A stretch of 63,925 nucleotides of DNA, filler included, from Atractiella rhizophila (taxonomy: Eukaryota): the NCBI GenBank assembly GCA_021432655.1. It is 3 parts of 3 records of this genome, joined end to end, with 100 filler letters (N's around TTAATTAATTAA, not from the genome) between each part and the next. Parts side by side here need not be neighbours in the genome. Positions count along the whole stretch, not along the records: positions 31,224 to 62,043 come from MU271653.1; positions 62,144 to 63,925 come from MU271680.1; 1 more part is not named here. The stretch is one strand, 5' to 3'. The position numbers and the translations under genes were made by a program. This document shows positions 58,869-63,925 of the stretch, piece after piece. Each line of letters begins with the position of its first letter. The first letter of the stretch is position 1. The notes below the pieces were generated by a model. The model saw nothing but the letters and a program-made list of their open reading frames with translations. It ran no database searches and was not told the DNA's origin.

Positions 58869-60716
58869 GGTGGTATTAGCAAGTCAACCACTTCGAAAGT
58901 CTCGATTTGATGCGTAAAAGGATCGTGATTTCGTCGATCCGCTCGGCGGATAAAGGAGGAATCGAGGTCACAAGAAATAAAAAGGGCAAGCCCAAGAGCT
59001 GTTAGACATCGAGGCCATCAGTTTATCATCTATGGCGGCAAACAGGCAGTGAGACGGACCAAAAGACCAATAAGCCTTGAAGGAGGACACAAAGGAGCTT
59101 TCTACTCTGTCGAAGAGAAGGGGGAAATCGAGAGAACTTTTTGATGGTTGCACCAGGCTGGGGAAAAGAGAAAAAGACTTCGAGAGGAAAGAAACTTTTA
59201 TATCCCATGGACGCCCCTTTCCGTGATCACAACAACTTTTAGCTTCGACTCAGGTCGATTCTAGATCGGGAATGTGTGAATTGGATCTGAGACATTTGTG
59301 AGACATTCGCGAAAACTCCACGAGAGAAAGCTTGGAGGAGCTCTAATATTATAGAGAATGGCAGTCTTGTTGATCCTCCTATAATAGATTCAGGAGTTTT
59401 TGTCCGAAACTCAAGTCACGGCAGCCGACTCAACACGATATAAACAGGATTAGCAGTAGTTGTGTACCGCTAGTAGCCCCTCAAAAGATAGGAACGAGAG
59501 TGGCAACTGTATTGATGCAATGTTGTCATGAGGGATTTGAACAATCTAATCTACTGTGAAATGATGCTGGTTCCATAGCGTAATATTTGATATCAACGGA
59601 GGTGTTTAAAACAAGCGCCATCCCAGCTCTGAGTCGAGACTGTCACAGAAACCCTGCAGAAATCGGATCTCAATAGAAACTGGTTAACTTGTTTTGTTTT
59701 TGGTTGTCACAGCGAAATTTCGGAGCCTTGTCGACAGTCGGCTCCGGTGTGTTGCAAGATAAACGGTTCAAACAGGCTGACAGTATAGACCCTATGGAAC
59801 GCTGGTACATCCGCGCGAACAACTGCTGGTGTGTCTTTGTCCTAAATATGAGATGTTAGACAGACTTCGTTTGTGAATGCCTCCTTGGAGTATGACAATG
59901 GTGCTGTCATGGGGATGGGATAAAACCCTATACCAAGCCTGATGACCGCCTATTAGAGCGCCACTCATCCTCTTGCTGTCCACTATGATGATAGGTGCCC
60001 AAATCGAGAAAACCCTGAAATGAAAATTTCCCTCAAGGATCATGGAGTGTGATGCAGTCACCCGCATATGTCTCTTTGGGACAGGATACGACATGCTTTG
60101 TAGCCTATGCTAAACACGTCACTGCGAAGTTCAGGTTGATAGAGTACATAACAGGAAGGAAAAGCTCTGATGGCTGTTGATGAAATTTGGTGCTTCGAAT
60201 CAGTCTTCAAGTTGGAAGCACAAAGCTGACCATCAACAAGTTAACAAAGCAAAAATTGACAGAAAAGGATCAAGTATCGGCTTCAGCTGTTGATCAACAG
60301 GGTCCAGCCGTTTTTCTCAGAATGATGAGCTGATATCATTATACTGTCTGCGTCACATTGTTTTCACGACAGGGTCGTTCTCAGACGTGTTATCTAGAAA
60401 TACACCATGTACATTAGATCCCCGAGAGTACTAGAATTGACCTCCCTTTGAGATTAACTTCCCTCGTACTCAAGAGGCGTAGGAGAACAACTGAACAACT
60501 AGCAAACGCATACACCCTTCGGCTCCGACCGTCCATCCGCAACGACAGAACAAATGCTCCCACGTCTCTCCATAAAAGAGCATAGCTTCCTTTCCGTCAA
60601 AGACAGCCCGTTTCCGTTCCGAATTTCGATTGCTACTGGGCTGCTCGTTCCTACTCGTGTTCCGCAATTTAGAGTCACTTGCGAGCAACATCAAGAAGAA
60701 GTTTAGAGTTTATAGA

Positions 60717-62043
60717 ATGGCTCTGACAGGGTCCCAGAGTAGAGATCTCGGGCAACTACTGCAAAAGGTTAGTGCCATTTGCCCCTTTTTCTGCCACCTG
60801 CTCAGTGGAGTAGAATCGAGCGCTTCTGGAGATGCACATGAGGAAGCACGCACAGGCGTGGACTTCTACTGCCACTCTTGATGTGGAACCTCCTAGGTTA
60901 TTAGCAAACGACAAAGTGGCCAAGGTTTATCTCCGTTGTCGTCCTCTCCTCCCGCACGAGGGAGATGCTCTTTCGCTTTTCTACTTCCCTCCCTCGTCGG
61001 ATCAAATACATGTAGTGACACCTTCAAATCGCTGGAGCGGTGGGAGGTTTGCGACTAAAGCATTTCTTGCCGACCGAGTGTTTGGAATGGAGGATAGTAA
61101 TGAGGACGTCTACAGAGAGACAAAGATGGAGAGTTTTGTGAAGGAGTTGATGGAAGTCCCGAAGAGAGGGAAGGGATGCGACACTCTTGTTATCGCTTAT
61201 GGACAGACAGGGACCGGAAAGACTTTTACAATGACTGCATTAGAAGGTCCGTTCACTGTTGCACTCATTCCGCGCTCCTCAACATGATTCGGAGGCAGAC
61301 TATGTCATTGCCGACATTTTCAAAAGCATGCCATCCCTTGACCCAAACACTCGTATTTCTCTCTCAGCCTTTGAAATCCGGCAAGACGGTCAAAATCACG
61401 CGTTCGATCTTCTCTCCACTCCGTCTCTTCAGCCTGTTAAAATATTGGGTGGCGACGCGGTCGGGGAGACTACCTATATTGGGCTCTCCTCCCATGACGT
61501 CTGGACAGAAGAAGATTTGAAAATCCTAATTCATAGGGCTGCCAGTGAGAGGAGAACGCGAAGTACCGTAAAGAATGACACGAGCAGCAGGTACGAATGT
61601 CCTTCCGTAGCCGGTGGGCAATGCTGATGACGAGGTAGATCACATGCAGTTATCCATTTGACAGTCCTACATCCCGTCCCCGGCCAGGAATCTGTGGCAT
61701 CTCGTTTTACAATGATAGATCTAGCTGGTGCGCCGCCACCTTTGAGACGGTTATTTCGTACTTATGACGAGAAACAGGTTTTGAGCGATCCGAGTATTTA
61801 ACGAAGAATCGGTCTCAAGACCGTGTGAAGGAGTCTATAGAAACTAACAAAAGTCTGGCAGCGTTAAAGGTGACCTCTACTCTATCTATCACATAACACG
61901 TGTAAATTGACAAGCCTTTAGGATTGTATACGAAGTCGACTTCTTGCTGAGGAGGACAAGAGAGTTCACGTGCCTTGGCGTAACTCCAAACTGACAATGG
62001 TTCTGCGCTCTGTCTTTGAGCGTGGCGTGAATCGCCAGAGCCG
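60717..62043 (+). CDS. kinesin motor-domain protein, partial (cut by gap)
   Basis: VYLRCRPL, AYGQTGTGKTFTM, NDTSSRSH, MIDLAG, TNKSLAALK, HVPWRNSKLT. Confidence 0.88.
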
Positions 62044-62143
62044 NNNNNNNNNNNNNNNNNNNNNNNNNNNNNNNNNNNNNNNNNNNNTTAATTAATTAAN
62101 NNNNNNNNNNNNNNNNNNNNNNNNNNNNNNNNNNNNNNNNNNN
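62044..62143. other. artificial contig spacer (N44-TTAATTAATTAA-N44)
   Basis: Same 100-bp linker as 31124-31223. Confidence 0.97.
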
Positions 62144-62399
62144 ATGGCGTAAATAATAAATGTCCCTCCTAAGCTCACCGAAATGAACTTGAAGTGATCT
62201 AAGTGCACAGCGAACTGAATTCTTCCACAAAGTGGGAACAACGACATCGAAATCCCAAGGAATCAGTGTCGACCGCACAAGCGCATCTGTGCCCAAACAA
62301 CAATCCCAAGGCACAAAAAAAACATCGAGGGAAGTTGCTGGGATAGTGCACGGACCGGACGTGTGGAGGAAGTTGACCAGAAAATTCGTCGGCCCTTCC

Positions 62400-63925
62400 T
62401 CTGAACGACCCTTTCCCGCACCTCGATCCCATGCCTCAGGTTCCACCACCACCACCACCTGCACCTCAGATTAGGCCTCCCCCTGGCCCGGGAGGACAGC
62501 GTCAGGCGTCGGTACAGGCGCCATTGCCCGTTCAGGCGGAAGCGGGGAAGAAGAGGGTGAGAGTGAGTTGTCTTTGTTTCTCTTTATGGCTGTCTTTTTT
62601 TGGGCTCAAGTTAACCGTGTTCGGCGCGTAGGGTAAGCCAGCTCTTACTTAATAGACCTAGGGAATAAATTGGGTGGTGTAGCGAGCCAGGCATGCGACA
62701 GTTGCAGGTTCATCTTTTCTCCCCTTCCGTCTTTTAAGTTCAAATAGAAGTGAGAAGTAATAACATGACTTTCTTGGGAACAGACTACGTAGAGTGAGAT
62801 GTGTGTCATATTCTTTCCACGACCATTGCACAAAATTTTAGCTGATCATTCCCAATTTCATCTAAATAGGTGATAGGTCCGTCCCTCCTTTTCTTCTCCA
62901 GGAGAGGTGCCGATACTTACTTATCTGTATCGAAAATAGGGGACAAGAAGGCCGTGAATGGTCCTGTAGTCAGTGCGAGCGGTCCGTTTCCATACCTCTC
63001 TGCAAACTAGGCTGAGTGATTCAATGTCGGTTCAGCAAAGGAATCGCTTGCACGGAACACAAGAAGCCAAAAGAGAGAGGTGGGAAGTTGATAGCGCAAG
63101 CTAAGTTCGTAGTTCCCATTTTTCACTGCTACACTCTTCTTACAGGAGGATATATCCATCCAGAAACCTGTTTGGCTCCAACACGCATCCCAAACCTACT
63201 CCCGACCCCGACCATCTAACAGAAGGAGAGATCCAGGAAGGCGACTCGCTGGCGACACCTTTTGCGAGCGGTTCAAGGTCTGCTGGGAGGGACAAGACGT
63301 TGAGGATTGGATCTGTGACTGATGAAAGGAGTGGTGGGATTGGTGAGATAGATGAGGAGGTGGGAAAGGAGCTGATACAGAGCTACTTCCTCGTAAGGGT
63401 TCATATCTATTCAAGTTGCTTGTTGACGCATGATTCGATGACCATTATTCAGTACACTCATCCACAGATCCCAATCCTTGAGGCGGATCAATTTATCAAT
63501 TATTCTGAAGGAACATTAGGAGATCTGGGGCACATTGACGAGGTAAGGCCACTTCTACATACGCATCCTAATCTCTGTTCAATAAAGGTTTCAGTGCCTT
63601 CTCTCCGTAATTCAAGCCTTCGGCGCGCGCGTCTCATCCCATCCTTCCCTCCTTCCTGCACCGCCTCATACCTCCCCTTCCAATGCCACACCGTCGCCAC
63701 CAACCATCCCTTCGCTCCTCGCACAGCATTCCAAAGACTTTATACCGTATGGCAAACACCGTGCTCCATTTGCTGCCGCTATGCTATCGAGGGCATTCGA
63801 GACTGCGGATCGTATGGGGGTGTGGAGGAGGAGGAGCGTGGATAATGTTAGGAGTTTGGTATTGCTCGAATGCTTGGTCAACTGTCCGTCTTCCTCCTCT
63901 TGCAATCATAACGAGAGAAACACAC
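62400..63925 (+). CDS. Zn2Cys6 transcription factor with fungal-specific TF domain, partial
   Basis: Exon pieces SQACDSCR, CSQCER, GIACTEHKKPKERG, then LIQSYF / HPQIPIL; runs off the right edge. Confidence 0.7.

Overview
Intron-rich fungal nuclear DNA, most likely basidiomycete (short introns, many GT[A/T/G/C]CGT donors). It consists of three contigs joined by artificial 100-bp N/TTAATTAATTAA spacers at 31124-31223 and 62044-62143. About 23 protein-coding genes can be supported. They include a HAM1/DUF4449-like protein, a mucin-like membrane protein, mitoribosomal mL44, an SRPK-like kinase with frame breaks, two EthD-like paralogs, an ENA-type P-type ATPase, a Gfo/Idh/MocA oxidoreductase, a Vip1-like RRM protein, a GH5 mannanase-like protein, cystathionine beta-synthase, an esterase, an AIM9/APH-like phosphotransferase, HAP2/NF-YA, a BAG protein, Bub2, GH55, PPPDE-thioredoxin-PUL, a kinesin and a Zn2Cys6 factor. 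The most notable observation is one architecture seen twice. A ~2-kb gene-bearing segment sits between two convergent genes and is flanked by long (~370 and ~560 bp) direct duplications of their shared 3' region, each running from the last codons of the left gene to just inside the stop codon of the right gene. No transposon hallmarks are visible. All family calls are from motif recognition by eye, and exon boundaries were inferred manually.
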